A stretch of DNA of 63,439 nucleotides, the filler included, from Intoshia linei (Eukaryota > Animalia > Orthonectida), in NCBI GenBank assembly GCA_001642005.1. It is 12 parts of 12 records of this genome, joined end to end, with 100 filler letters (N's around TTAATTAATTAA, not from the genome) between each part and the next. Parts side by side here need not be neighbours in the genome. Positions count along the whole stretch, not along the records: positions 10,807 to 17,173 come from LWCA01001683.1; positions 17,274 to 19,448 come from LWCA01002407.1; positions 19,549 to 27,957 come from LWCA01001462.1; 9 more parts are not named here. The stretch is one strand, 5' to 3'. A program made the translations under genes and the position numbers. The notes under the pieces were generated by a model that worked only from the letters and a program-made list of their open reading frames with translations, was not told where the DNA came from and did no database searches. Below are positions 10,950 through 25,696 of this stretch, one piece after another (the first letter of the stretch is position 1; the number at the start of each line of letters is the position of its first letter).

Positions 10950-13900
10950 AAACTATAAAATAGCCAAAATTTCATCTCCCCTTTCTACAAACACATAACA
11001 TGTATAAATTACTTGTCACGTTCTTCTTTGCACATAGGGCAAACATTAATATCTTCAGAATATCCTTCAAGACAACTAAATTTATTAAAAAAAATTTTTA
11101 AATCTTTTTACTGTAAATGAAAAGAATGCTGACAATAAAAGTGTGTTGAAGGCAAATCCAATATATCCCCACAAATTGCACAATTTGATGCTTGGAAAAC
11201 AATAGCACTAATTTAAATGTGAAATATACGGAACAATGTTCATTGAACATAAAAAAAATCAAAAGATTACTCAGTATCCATTTTGACAATTTGTTCTTTA
11301 ACAGTTTTACATTTTTCATCTAAACTGTCGATATCGTGTTTGATAATGCCAGATTTTGCAGATTCCTTTTTTATATACTCAATGAGGTACTCCTAAATTT
11401 ATATATTTTTCTTGGAAATTAAAAATTTTCTATGAACCATAATTATCAAATGTTAAATCAGTCATGAAAATGCTATTCAATCTATAACAGGTGTCGGCAA
11501 ATAGTGAACCACAGAATAATTTTGGTGGCCTTTGAGTAAATATGTAAAGTATTTATTTTTCAACTTTAAACCCCGTTTTAAACATTTTCTACTATAATTG
11601 GTTCATTAGAATCATTTTAATACTGAATTTTCAGATCTTTCCGGATTTTATTTTGTTGAATATACTAGAAATGTTTATCTTCAGTTAAAATGGAAATCTA
11701 TTATGGATAAATTTTCAAGAAACGGGGCCACATAATTTTTTGATATAAAAAGTGGTCCACGAGATGCAGAAAGTTGCCGACCCCTGATCTATACGATCAG
11801 AACATATATTAAAAAAGGTGCCATAATTTTAAAGTTTCATCAAGCCAATCAGTTCGAATTGAACCTACCACTAATAAGATAGATAAAGCCGATCAAAATC
11901 ATTTTAGAGCAAAACTGTTCAACGTTGAAATAAAAATTTCCGAGTAAAATAAAAACTAACTAAGATTCAACCAGAAAATAGAAAAATGTGTCCATAAAAT
12001 AAAATATAAAAGCATTTCCACATTAGTTCCATTCTTTTTGTAAGTTTGGCTCGATACTAGGGGTATTGACATGACACGGGATATAACATACAGAGCACAA
12101 AAAATTATTTAAAACCTTTATTATATCAACTTTTGCTACTTTTGATTTTGATAAAATGTCCATGAGATCAAATATCAATAATTTTTCGTTTTCAATCACA
12201 TCTAAAGGTTGATAAAAAAATATAATACATTGCAAAACATTTAGTAGATTCTTTAAGGTAATTATCATACTGTACAGACTTGCAAAAAAAGGATAAAGCG
12301 GTAGACCAACAATCTTCATCTCTAATGAAAATAACAAATAATAAAATAAATTACATTAACGTGTGAGCCGGGTTATACAGTATATAATATAATTTATAAT
12401 ATATCAACCATTTTAATCGAGTTTTGATCAAAACAAAGAGATTTTCAATATAAATTTCCTTTTCTCAGTCAAATATTGACTATAATATTCTGACTAAAAC
12501 TTATCATACTACCAAAATCGCACCTATCATACCAGAAAACCATCCTAGGTGTCTCGACGAAATTTTGGTAAAATATGGCCCTCGTTTTGAAAATTAAGGT
12601 AAAAAAATTATATTTTTCAATATCATAACTGTTTTGTGTTCCAAATTTAAACTGTCAAGTCCAATACCTTAGAGAGGTGGATAGGGCTGCGTGACATCTT
12701 ACATCGTAAAATCATGGTAGGTACTTGTTCGTACTACCATACCATGGTAACGTACAATTATTTAGATTATGTTAATTCTTAATTAATTGTTTATTAAATT
12801 ACCCAAATTCTTTGCATACATGAATAATCATGTCACAGTCAACTTCAGAAATAAGATATTTTACTAAATCCAAGTATCTAAATAAAGTCAACCTTAAACT
12901 TGGATATTAAAGTAATACATTACCGTTTCATATGTTTATATAAGTAAATTATTCCAGGTTTAAATTTTTTATTTTTCAACAACATCAATACTTTATTAGT
13001 GTTATAATCCTAATATTAATATAATAATATCAATTAAATATCCAAGTAATCAATAAGCTTTAGGAACTATTATGAAAGGGACGATTTGTCTTTATGTTGC
13101 AAGTTTTTTTAAATGGGGTGTGAAAATTATTATATTGATATAAAAAATGTATACCTCATTTGAGATGATAAAATTGAGTAATTCGTTTGACACACCTTCT
13201 TTCTAAAAAAATATTGTACATAAAGATATATAATATTATAACCTCTGTAAAATTTTCCAATGATTCCAATAAATTCAATTTTATTTCCAAATATTTATAA
13301 ACCAAATTTTCATCACTGTCAATCTAAAATATTAAATTTATCAGTACATAGTATGTACGATTCGCAACTTTAAAAATTTTAAAGGGTGTGGAAAAATTTA
13401 TCTGAACCAAAAAATGAACAAAAATGGACCGATTTGGATGAACCAGAAAACGATAAGAGGTTTGATACAGTGTAGTGATTTTAAATGACCAATCCAATAA
13501 GTAGGCTACCACTAATACAAAAACATGTATGATTTGTCAACATAACATAACTTTTTTAATTAAACTGAATCATAGTGGTCAGAAAAATTAAATCAATCCA
13601 AATTCAAAATAAAATTTTAAAAAATATCTTACTTGTAAAATGTATTCAAAGAATAACAGCAAAAGTTTCGGATAATTATAAAACAGTTGAATATATTTAG
13701 ATGTATCTATTTTGAAAGCTAAAAATAAAATATTAATCCTAAACATAGAAATTGTAAATTAATAAAATATTACACTTGGTGAAACTTTTATTAACAAAAA
13801 CGTATAAAAGATTTATCATTCCAGATGAATTGGTAGCCAAAATATCTTTTCCAAATAATTTTAAATATTTATCAATCTAAATGATAAAATAGACAATAGA

Positions 13901-15590
13901 AATCTCTCTTAAACAAAGTATAGCGACCTCAAGGTTCGCAGGTACAACCAGTGAACCCTCAAGTTACAGTTTTAAATTTTAAGATTTTTGGTTAAATTTT
14001 TTTTATAAATGTACTTCTTCGCAACTTAAAGTTTGGATATGTTTAATAGCTATTTGGTAATCATGAGCGTCTTCCAAAGTAATTTTCAACAAATTTTTGT
14101 GATCCTTATATCTCTGACATAATTCCAAAGCAATTTTCCAATTATTAGATTCCCGTAACATATGTATAACCACATTTAAATCAAATTCAATATTTTGGTT
14201 CTATTTAACATTTAAGAATATTTTTAATAGTATACCTTTGCTAATTCTACAATTTTGACGGTATCATTAAATTTTATATAAGAATTAAGTAACAGAGTAG
14301 TATGATCAACAGTCTGTAATTTTTTTTCATGTATACCTTCCAAGTAAATAATTAATTCTGTAAAATGTTGCACTTTAAGGTACAATTGAATCACATATGA
14401 CGAGGCTAAATAACCAATTGTTTTTACATAATATTCCATAGCTTGAGAAAAATTTGATTTGCTAAATTATTTATAATTTCATCATAAATTAAAATAAATA
14501 GATTTAAATTGATAAAACGTACTTGTATAAATAATCAGCAAATTGTTCATATATTTCTGAAATTAATTTTTCGTTAAAATTTTTTTTAATGGCGACGCTA
14601 TACATTAAATTAAAAAAATTATACTAAATTTTAAGCAAAAAAATTTAAAAAAACTTGATTGCGAGTTGGTATAAATTTTTATTGAAGAGCATTTCCAATT
14701 TAGATTTAGTGTTTAATTCGAAAATTTTGTATAACTATGAAAATGGTCAATTAATTAAAAAAATAAATTTCATTGAATATTATACATGTTGATTTGGAGA
14801 AAAAAGAGTAATGCTGCCATGATCTGATAGAACCGATATCATTGCATTTTGTTGATACTTGAAAAACATTGAAAAAGAAATTATTTTGTTTTCAATATCA
14901 TAAATATTTAACATGTATCGTGATTTGTTTTCACTAAAAACAAAATAAAATAAATTTTTCATCATTACATTTTTTTGGTACTTTCAATAGACATGACAGC
15001 TAAATATCCGTCAAACCAACACATGGATACTAAAAAAAATAAATTAAATCCATCTATAAATGATTTTAAATCTTAGATTTCAATTAAATTTTGCAAAAAA
15101 AACCTTTTTCATCGCTAAAGGCCAAACAAGAAAGTTGTTCTTCACAATTAAAAAAATAAATACCCTATATTTTTAAATTAGTCATTTTTTTAAATTTAAA
15201 TATATAAATGTAAATGTACATCATCTCGACCAACAACCAAATCACCAGTTTGAGATTTTGCTAAAACGCTGCAATAGTTTATAACCTGATTTTCGTTGGT
15301 ATTTAGTTTTTTCTAGAAATATTATCATTGATTAAATCAATTATATTTTACAGTTTCTTTTTTGTTATAGTCGATAAATAGGACATCACGATAAGTCACG
15401 GCAAATAGGCCGTTATTAAGAAAATGTAAATCTATCACTGGATCATCAACTTTCAATTTATATTTTATTCTGGTCAATATAAATGACGGCTTAAGAGCGT
15501 CTACAATTATTATTGTAATTTCCAAATTTTTTGTTGTATATGATAATAAATTCAGTTCATGACAATAATCAATTTTTGTTATCTAATTTG
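10950..15590 (-). CDS. VPS11: Vacuolar protein sorting 11 (HOPS/CORVET), multi-exon; 5' end missing or uncertain
   Basis: EQFADYLY..SNFSQAMEYYVKTIGYLASSYVIQLYL...DHTTLLLNSYIK matches the VPS11 clathrin-repeat region; C-terminal RING remnant CLEGYSEDINVCPMCKEERD. Confidence 0.85.
11488..11786. mobile_element. hAT (Buster-type) MITE in a VPS11 intron
   Basis: TIRs caggtgtcggcaa / ttgccgacccctg; 8-bp TSD atctataa/atctatac (nnnTAnnn). Confidence 0.85.
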
Positions 15591-15619
15591 TTAATATATT
15601 TGATGATATTTTAATGATA

Positions 15620-15850
15620 CAGTCAATTCTGTTCTATATGAACATCAAGGAACCAGGTTTTGATCATGTTCATTAGGGCTATTCATTTTTTACAAAATTT
15701 TCGATTCGAAAAAAACCACCCTCCTACCTTGCATAATAATATAATTAAAAGTTTCGAAATGTCCAATCAATGTTTTTTCAAACAAAATTTCCGTGTTCAT
15801 ATTGAGATGAGTTCATATTCTAGGATGTTCATATAGAACAGAATTGACTG
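15620..15850. mobile_element. pogo/Tc1-type MITE, 231 bp
   Basis: Perfect 27-bp TIR cagtcaattctgttctatatgaacatc with TA on both sides. Confidence 0.9.
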
Positions 15851-15857
15851 TATACAA

Positions 15858-16020
15858 AATTGTAATCATTAATAATTGCACCATAATTGACACAGGTAAT
15901 ATTTTTAAATTTACCATGATTATTAATAAAATTATAATCATTTATAATTGCGCCATAATTGGTACAGGTAATATTTCAAACTTACCATGATTATTAGTCA
16001 AATTAAAAATTATAATCATT
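15858..16020. repeat. ~70-bp imperfect tandem duplication
   Basis: aattgcaccataattgacacaggtaatattt...taccatgattatta is repeated as aattgcgccataattggtacaggtaatattt...taccatgattatta. Confidence 0.8.
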
Positions 16021-16526
16021 AACCTATATACTCCCAGACAAATTTTTCCAATTTTTTGGCTTCGATTTTTCCAAAAATTTGGAAAGTTAATACATACTTG
16101 CCTATTTCTCACCATATATAATTTTAGGTAATTACCAATTGTAGTTATGGAGTTATTTCACATTCCATATGTTCACATGTGGAGAATAAGGCAAATAAAA
16201 GTGTGTATATATAAAACCGCATCGTCAATATACCTAATTATTATATCAAATTGTAGCCAATACATGAATTCATCATATGGTATTCATTAAATTCAGTTAT
16301 CACAACTTTAATATAAAAAAATATAAAAAATTTTTTCAGTTAATTTTTTTTTGCTTTGAAAAATCATTTTGGCCCACTGTCAGTGACACAGGAGGCTAAT
16401 CGGTGAAAACTCATAACTAATATACTCGAATGTTATATAATATACTAATTAATTTAATTTTTCATATTTAATTAACTTTGTTTCAATTTGATACGTGTTT
16501 TTATAAATGTAATGTTGTGTGACCAT
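16019..16526. mobile_element. Putative piggyBac-like non-autonomous element, right end interrupted
   Basis: Starts ttaa-cctatatactcccag; its right part (ttgatacgtgtttttataaatgtaatgttgtgtgac) is identical to 5802-5837, which continues into ctgggagtatatgg. Confidence 0.45.
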
Positions 16527-17173
16527 TAGAGTTGGGAAATTTTTTTTTTCGTAAAAAGCCACCAATTATACTATGAGTAATTGTATAAAAGTCATTGTAA
16601 TAAAGTCAAGTTCATAATCAATTTCAGAATATATTATCACTTGTTAAACTTAATATTAAATTACTTAGTCTTGTTTAGTACAACTCACAGTCTTTATTAG
16701 TCATATTATTTTAAAAAAAATTTAAAAAATATAAAAAATCCTGATGCGCATTTCAATTTTAACGTTCATATGGTTCTCATTTTTATAGACACGTTAAATA
16801 TGTTCAAATTTAACATAATAAGCGACGAACGTCACATCTATGATATGATATCAATAAACGTTATCTTAAAATAAACTTTTACCACACTTAACAGGTTAAA
16901 TGAGATAATGTAGTCAACCATAAATATTATATTATCGTCAATTTGTTTTAAAAATAACTAATAAAAAAACAAATATATCAAATAAAAGAAACAAAATGTA
17001 TGGAGGACTAATTGATAAAAAATTGTCAAATTTTGTACGTTTACCTCGATACAAGGATATCTTAGGTAGATACCACTTTTTACAAAAGGAAAGTAAAGGA
17101 TCGTCAACATCATTGATAATTTCAAATATGATTTATGAAATCAATACATTATGGACTAAAATGTCAATACCAG
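16527..17173 (+). mobile_element. hAT/hATm-like transposon 5' end with transposase N-terminus
   Basis: TAGAGTTGGG terminus; ORF 16996 (LPRYKDIL...INTLWTKMSIP) resembles the ORF at 58247-58519. Confidence 0.5.
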
Positions 17174-18606
17174 NNNNNNNNNNNNNNNNNNNNNNNNNNN
17201 NNNNNNNNNNNNNNNNNTTAATTAATTAANNNNNNNNNNNNNNNNNNNNNNNNNNNNNNNNNNNNNNNNNNNNTTCTAAAATTGACCAATTATATCATTC
17301 AAAATAATGTTTACTTTAAAAAAGGTGTAGTTTTTTAAGTTTGAATATTTATTTATAAATTTAAAATGCATGTCTACCAAATAAACGAAACATATTATTG
17401 CTTTTGATGTAGTATATATTTGCTAAACACTAAAAAATGTTACTCTATAACTGATAAATGTAAATTTGATAATGCAAATATACAAATAATATACGAGATT
17501 CAACTTTGAAATCCCTCAAATCTATATCAAACGTGCCATTCGTCTATAATGAGATTTAAAAAGAGATTTGTGACACTTAGAATATGGAAACATTTAGAAA
17601 GTGCGAATGACGGCTATTTCTGTATTCTGAAAAGAAGAAAACAAATAAATTAAGCCTTTACTCTTATCCGACCACCATAAGAAATGAAATTAAATTAAAT
17701 GAAAAAAATTAAATTTATTAATATATTTTTTTTAAACATCAATAGCTAAAAATATCGAACTAAATCTTTTCCGTAAATCTGGATTTAGACACTAGAATGT
17801 ATTGTTAAAAGGTTCATTATAGCTCATATCAGATGTTCATCCGGTTAAAGCGCCTGTCGTCAGTTAAATTTTTGTACACCTGTAATTTATTTAATATTCA
17901 TTTCTTTTTAATTTAAATGTGATCATGTAATTATCCGCTATCAAATCCATATATATTTAAAAAAAAATTAAGAAACTAAAATTAATTGAAATAGCTTAGT
18001 TGCTATGATATTGTCAATCATTATCTTTTGATAGCGAACTGTAAAATTAAAAAGAGGAGTATCATGTTGATTAGGAAAATTTCAGCTTTTTATTTGTATG
18101 GATCTCATGCAGATCCTCGAAAAAAGTTTTCATTTTGTTGTCTAGTGTAATAATCAATTAAATATTAAATTATAACGCAACTAAACATTAAAAATAAGAC
18201 ATATGTCATAAGTACTACAACGCAGTTGTGCAAATGTAGTACATATTAAAAATTTTACACCAAAAGGGCGATAAAAACCAATAAACAAATGAATATACTG
18301 TAAACTATCTAAAAGTGACCACTTTACCGATTTAAGGTCGTACTGTTACATCGGTTCCATCATACTTCACAGTTGTAACCCCTACACTCCAAAAAAAATT
18401 GGTACCTTTATAATAATTTATATTTATTGTAACTACGAAAATATTATTGTATCATCTTTGTCGTTATTGATTCTAATAATTAATTAAACAGTGGTCCCAA
18501 ACTTTTTCCACATGGACCACTTGTCAAAAATACAAGTTACATTTCACTGTGTATTTCATGTGAAAATTGAAAGCACACCTTCATTTTTTGTTGAGCTATA
18601 AAATTA

Positions 18607-19400
18607 TCCTTACTTATATAATATGCTATGCAATATTTATTTGTGTGTGTTCCACTTTATTGTTATAACTACCAGTCTTAGAATTTTTTAACGACCACAT
18701 TTCAATTACAGTTTTTTCCGGGCGTATATTAAGATAAGTTCCAACTTCCCAATTTCACATCTTACAGGTCAAAAACCCCAATTGTTTTTTTTTGAAAATC
18801 AAACAAGTTGGAGAATTTAAAAAAAATATATACGCTGATACGGATTTTAAAATCACAAACATTATCATAAATTTAAATTTAAAAAAATTATATCTTGAGG
18901 GCCANAATCACAAACATTATCATAAATTTAAATTTAAAAAAATTATATCTTGAGGGCCAAAATCCCAAATTACCCTTCTTTTTTAATAAAAACAGCCCTA
19001 GAATTTCAAAAAATTTACAGATGGTACAGTTGTATCCATTTAACACACATAAAAAATTCAATCCGAATAAGTGATGACTTCACGGTCAAAACAGCATTTT
19101 AGTATTCATATATTTTTTTTTCGGTAATATTTTATTAAAACAAAAAATGTAAAATAATTAACGGTACAAAAATTAAAAAAAAATTATTATGATAGAGCTT
19201 TTTTTAGTTGATACAAATACAAAATTTCAATTCGAGAAATCTACGCATTCCCGATGAAAAATGATTTTTAATATATTATCAACCAATATTTTTCAAATAC
19301 ATGTATTTCGATTAAAATAAAAATTGAAAATGTAAATATTGATCCTACAATTTCAAAATAAAATGGGTGAAAATCTATTTTATTCACTTCTTTGATTTAT
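18607..19400 (+). mobile_element. Long copy of the Helitron-like repeat family
   Basis: Begins a|tccttacttatataa, followed by a (TG)n microsatellite; internal blocks shared with at least 10 other loci. Confidence 0.7.
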
Positions 19401-20164
19401 GCTATTTATGACAATTTTTAGGATTGGATTGTTTTTACTTTATTTTTANNNNNNNNNNNNNNNNNNNNNNNNNNNNNNNNNNNNNNNNNNNNTTAATTAA
19501 TTAANNNNNNNNNNNNNNNNNNNNNNNNNNNNNNNNNNNNNNNNNNNNGTTAGTAATGTTTATTTGTAACTTACAGTAATATTATACATATACTTGTCAT
19601 GTATTATTATTAAGCCAATTTAAATCTTAAAAATAATGTGAAATTTTAATTATTTATTATAGCTCATGTCAAAATATAATATTTTAATTTATTTTAATTT
19701 ATAAAAAACGGACAAAAATGTCCTCTGCGAGTAGTAAAGGGTTAATACAGCTTCTATTGGTTTATCATTAAAATAGTTGTGTAACAGTTTAATTTAGATT
19801 CTATTCAATTCTATTCAATATTCTATTCAATTTGACCCCGTTTTGGGGCTAAAATTTTGTAAATATACTAGTAAAATAACTGTAATGATCAAATTAACTT
19901 TAAATTATATTTATATATAATTTTAAGCATATTATATCACTAGATATTGTATTGTTTGATATTAATATATAATTATTGATCAAAAAAAATTAAAAATTGG
20001 TAATATTTTGAAAGATAAACAATCGTTTAAAATATAAATTTTCTACATAATTTACTTTGGTTATATATTTTCTAGATTAGAAATAATTTAATTATTGTTA
20101 AAATAATGGTGCTTCAGATTAATTTCCGATTTTACCTTTTTTATAATTTAACAATTTTTGTTTA

Positions 20165-20986
20165 GATTTAACACAAATATTGAAAATTTATCACAAATTA
20201 AATTTATTTCATGAATCTAAAAGGAATTATGACTGTAATGATGTAATGGTATTGATATCTAAGATGTATATAAAATGGATAGGATTTAGATCTATTGAAA
20301 TTGGATCAAGAAAATTCCATTTTAAAATTGGTAAACTATTTTTTACACTGATTGAAGGTTCATTCAAGACTTATTCCATAAGTCTACGAGGACCTTCTCA
20401 ATTGTATTGTTTATTATGGTAATTTCGGTACGAAAGATTAATTAAGTTTTGCCAACGGGATAGTTTGAAATTACTTATAATGACCATGGTCAAATGTACA
20501 TGTTTTTAATTTTAAATTTATTTTTAGAGTAATTATGAAACTTTTTTAAAAGAAAGTATACAGCTTTATTCCAAACTTGAAAATTATTTTGATGAGTCTC
20601 GATTCAACAAGACAAATGGTATGTATAAAAATGTGAAAATTTTAATATTTATTATATTGATAGATACAATAAATTACATTTATTTATCAAACATGGTCAA
20701 CGAATATGTTTTAATTGAATTAAAGAATCTGGTCAAATGTACAAATTCTGACTCAATCTCTAATATTATTAATAGTGATATAAACATAGAAATGAAAAAA
20801 AATTTTAAATTTACTAATGGCATAAACAATACACCACTTGAACTTTTATATATAAAACACGTTGATGATGTTAATAATTTAATATACTCTTTTTGCTTCA
20901 ATGATTACCTCTTTTATTCGATTTACAAAGAAGATATAACTATATACTGGGATATAACGCTGGATGGAGTAAGTTTTTTAATATAA
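20165..20986 (+). CDS. Unknown multi-exon protein
   Basis: Open segments separated by short GT-AG introns; no recognisable domain. Confidence 0.4.
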
Positions 20987-23900
20987 TGGTTCCGTCGTTA
21001 CCAAAAATCTACGAGAAAATCTATGTTATAATGATATTTATAAAAATAACCCAGAAGCAGGGGGTTATATATCCCTGTAAAGGCATAGGCGGCTTTATGA
21101 ACACCAGAATAATCTAGTTTTATTTTACACTATTAAAAGTTATTATCGAATAATTTGCCGTTGAGAGCCAGCAGTACGCCTGGCCAGATGAAAATTGTAG
21201 ACACCTCATAAATTTTTTTTAAAAAATTGGACCTCTATACTAGTACATTGTTTAATCGATCATTCATTATCCAAAATTTAAAAATAACTAATTGGATTGT
21301 TAATAGAACATTTTATTATACGAAAATTTTGGGTATAATTAAGAAATTTTCCAACATTACCATTTAATATATTTAAAAAGTAGACCCTTGGCCCCTCTCC
21401 ACGGCCCTTAAAGGGATATTTAGTTTTTACCCGGTTAAGTTTACTTTACAGATTTCATCATTATTATGCTTGGCTTGTTCAACATAAGTAATCCATTAAT
21501 AATGTCTATTTTTATAAATTGATGGGAATCACGGATATTTAGTTTCCGAGTTTAAAAATAAGTTTAAGTTTTGACTGAAAATTAGAAAATAAGTCGAAAA
21601 AAGAGAGATTACAAATTTTAATATAAAGTTTGTTCATTTACGTTTTTTAGAGAAAATCAACGATACAACAGAAATCTTGTAATTGCGCCATTTTACCTAT
21701 GGGATCTTTTTATAAGGTATAATTTTTTTTATTGTTTAAAATTTAAAATTGAATTATTATTTTTATGTAATTATTATATTCAGGACCGTGGAGAGTTAAC
21801 AATTGTCCCGGCACGGGTGATAATTGTAAGCCCTTGGATATTGTAGAATTTAATCCGTATTCGCTCCTCATTTTGTAACTTTGTATAATTGTTACATTAT
21901 GATACGATACATTTTTCTAACGTCACCTATTAATTTAGAATAGTACGCTCTGTCATATTGCCTTAGCTCTATGTACGGTGCATATTATATTATAATACAG
22001 GGTAGTTCATACACATGACGATTGAGGGCCAAAAAATACATTTTATAAATTTCGCGGGCTGAAACATGAAAAAAATTTTCACAATTATTTCATCATTACG
22101 TCCTGCTTAGTTTTTTTGTTTTTACTTCAATTTCCAAATGATTTTTCTTCCTTGTAATTCTTATTTACGTAACACAAATATTTATTAAAGTTTTGGACTT
22201 AATCATTCACTTTTCATTGATCATTGCAGCTATATCGATGTCGATTATTGTTGTTACATTCGTAAGCTAGCATTAAGCGTCTCATCATTAGGGCAAGTAT
22301 AATTCAAAATTTAACAGATTAATCAGAAAATTACTACGTGTATCATGATATGAATATTATGCCAAATAAAAATATAATAGTATTTTTATAAAATCTAAAA
22401 AGTTAGAATTACAATTATCTTCAAGTACAAAAGTAAGAAGTTAAGAATAATTAGTACACAAAGACAGCATTATTTCTATAAATTTTAAAGTAATGCTAGA
22501 TAATGTGGTACAGTAAAACTTCCGTTATTCGCCCGGTTAATTTATATTTATATAATATTACTAGTACTACTATAGTAAAATTCTGTAATTCGGCCAATTC
22601 CGTTATTCGCCCAAAAATTTTCATATTTTTTCATGTTTTTGATAGTAAATTTTTATTTTTTAAACCATATATAACGGCCAACTAATGTTATGATTATAAT
22701 TATTATATTTTAATTCTAAATTTATTTGTCATATAAACTATTCAAATAACTTGAAATGAAGTACAGTATAACCTCCGTTATTCGCCCGATACTTCAAATC
22801 TGCGCAAAGGTCTTCAAAGGTGCGCACTAGCGCATTTTTGCGTCGCAGAAAAGTTTATGTGTGCCCAGCTAAAAATTGAAAACGAGCTACACACCGTTTC
22901 ACAAAGGGTCAGTTAAATCAGATTTTTTTTTTATTCGGAATAAATTTTTATTATTAAATTGTTATAAAGAAAGAATCTCATTGCAATTCATATAACTTCT
23001 ATTGCAGATTGTGTGATATATTTATATTTTCTACATCGATAGAAATATTTGAAAGCTCCAATGTAGGTTTAATAGATTCAAAGTTAGCAGATCTAGTTAG
23101 AAATTCCACATCAATATTTAAAATATTCAATCATATTTATTTTTTATTATTTACCTGCTCTATAAAAGATATTACTAAAAAATTTGGCGGGTTACACAAT
23201 TTAATCTGACGGGAAACGCTTTGGACCACCCTGTGACGATATATAAAAATATAATATACATAATAATATTTGTAGAGCTGTGGAACAAAAATTTGTAACA
23301 TAATACAATCAAAACCGCTTGATAAGAACCCTGGTATATCGTTACTTTTTTTTTTGAGAGCGTATATTTAGTTAGATTAAGTTAGTTTACATTGTTGTAG
23401 TAGGATTAGTAATGTTTTTTGTAAATATTATTGCACCCAACTATTTTATATACATAATTTTAATTGTCGAATTTAGATTAATCCGTCCAATGATTGTATG
23501 CTTTTAAAGTTGAATGTTTTATCTCTCAAATCCATATACAATTATTATAAGATAGACAAATCAAATATTTTAGCCAATGATTATTTGCCAAGTGTAATTT
23601 AAAAATTTTACCATAAAAAGGTTTAAACGTCAAAAAAATTTAAGAATTAGAAATTCTTAATTATAATGTATAAAGTAAACTTATCAAAAAATGTACTTCA
23701 GATGTGTTTGTAACCATTTATTTAGAAAACACAAAGTCTGAGTTTTTTTGTCTGGCGCTGTAAGTAAGATAAATATCACTCAAATCTTTCCACCATACAT
23801 TTCTATATTTGATCAAAAAACCAAATTAGCCTTTTTTATACTCCAAAAAATGTGACATCAAGTAGTCATAGAATTTGAAAAAAAATCATAGCGAATATAG

Positions 23901-24299
23901 TTTTTTCCCTTTAACATACATAAAAAATTTCAATGTATTTACACTTTTATTTGATAATATGTAAAAATATATCTGTAAATGTAAATCTTTGATACAGTTA
24001 AGTAACAGTAATAATAAATTGGCATGTCTAATTTACATTGTATTATTAAATTTTTAATAACACATGTAATGCATTATAATTATTTATATTAAAAATTTAG
24101 ATAGAAAAATTATGTGTGTACCAATTTATTAAACTCATGAAACACTGAAAAAAATGTATATTATTGTATAATTTTTACTTAATAAATATAAAGACAAACC
24201 TATGATAGTTTCATTATCAGAAATTGAGTTCTTTATTGTCAAAAACATATATACGTTAAAAACTTTTTAAAACATAATAAAATAACTTTTTTTAAAAAA

Positions 24300-24755
24300 T
24301 AGAATTAGTTCTAGAATTTAAAAAAACGTAAAATTTGAGACTCGTTTTGAAATTATTAACATTGTTGTAAATAGCAACTTGAGAAATTTTCATATTGATA
24401 GTTAAACCCCAAATTCCTTATTTTTTGTGATGTGAAATAAATAAAAAATTCCTACAATTTATAAAACGTAATCATTATTATAGATTGTAACCTCAAAAAA
24501 GTGCATTTTCACGATCAAAGCCATATATTACTTTTTTTTTATAAAATTAAAATAGTCCTAGAATTTAAAAAAATAAAATACAACTGATATACAGTTAAAA
24601 AACATAAAACACAAATATAAATCCAGTTAATAAACAAAAACCTCAGAAATCTACGCATTCCCGGTGAAATATAACTTAATATCAACCAATATTTTTCAAA
24701 TTTTTGAATTAACAATTAAAAGTTTAAATATTCATCTTACAATTTCAAAACAAGT
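24300..24755 (+). mobile_element. Degenerate Helitron-like repeat copy
   Basis: cctagaatttaaaaaa and aaatctacgcattccc..atcaaccaatatttttc shared with 19.0-19.3k. Confidence 0.65.
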
Positions 24756-25341
24756 GGGAATTGACCGTATAAATTATTGAAATTCTGAAAATTAAATATA
24801 TGTAGGTTTCAATTGCATAAAATAATTCCTTCTCTATTTTTATCATTGCTACTCAATTTCTCATTTTTCAAATGTTGTCATGTTTCAAGTTAACGTAAGA
24901 ATAACTGTTATTATAATTTTGAGATTTATTTAAATGTTGATAACATTGCTTCATCCAAAATGAACGATGGAAGAAAAAAGAATGTATACATTCTATATGT
25001 ACTAGTAGTATAGTACTACAGGTATTTAAATTTTAATTTTTTCTTTTCTTTTAATATGGGTTTATTGTATGTTATATTTACATAGTATATGTACATTAAA
25101 TATGTAGGTATATTAAATTTTAATTTAACTTTTTAACCCAATTGGTTGCGCAGAAATATATAAACATAAAAAATCTGTTAGGGAAACCGCATGGCAATAT
25201 TTATGATAAATTATAGTGGGGCGTAGAAATTTCGATAAAATATAAAAAAAATTATTATTATTTTATATTAAAGATAAATTATTAGGATAAAAGTGGAGCA
25301 TGACACTTAAAAGGTTGGGAAACACTGCTATAATCAATTAA

Positions 25342-25401
25342 AAAGTAGCACTCTACAGAGCTAACTGCTGCTTGTACTTGGTAGATAACAGTCAAGCTAG
25401 T
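25342..25401 (-). repeat. ~60-bp palindromic dispersed element, about 300 bp upstream of TMEM164
   Basis: Reverse complement reads tactagcttgactgttatctac-caa-gtacaagcagcagttagctctgtagagtgc. Confidence 0.75.
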
Positions 25402-25696
25402 ACATAATAATAATACACTACAATAAATTCAATACAATATGTCTAAGTCACATAATATACACGTACGAAGTCTAAATAATAATAAAACTGTAATAACATA
25501 ATTTAAAAATAAAATATTCTATAAATAATAAATTTATCGTATACATGGAAATAAAATTAATAATTACAATAAATAATACTTTCAAATTTTAATTTATAGA
25601 ATCTAATACATTTAATCTCTTTATAATGTATGTTCTACAATCTTAATTAGTTGAATATCTTTAAAAACTACATTTAAAATTTATAGGAAGCAAAAA

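Noticed and set aside
12715-12748. Hairpin atggtaggtac-ttgttc-gtactaccat in a VPS11 intron
   Set aside because: Single copy with a different spacer from the 60-bp element; probably a TE remnant.
18851-18960. Perfect ~54-bp tandem duplication
   Set aside because: The copies are separated by a single N, typical of an unmerged scaffold overlap.
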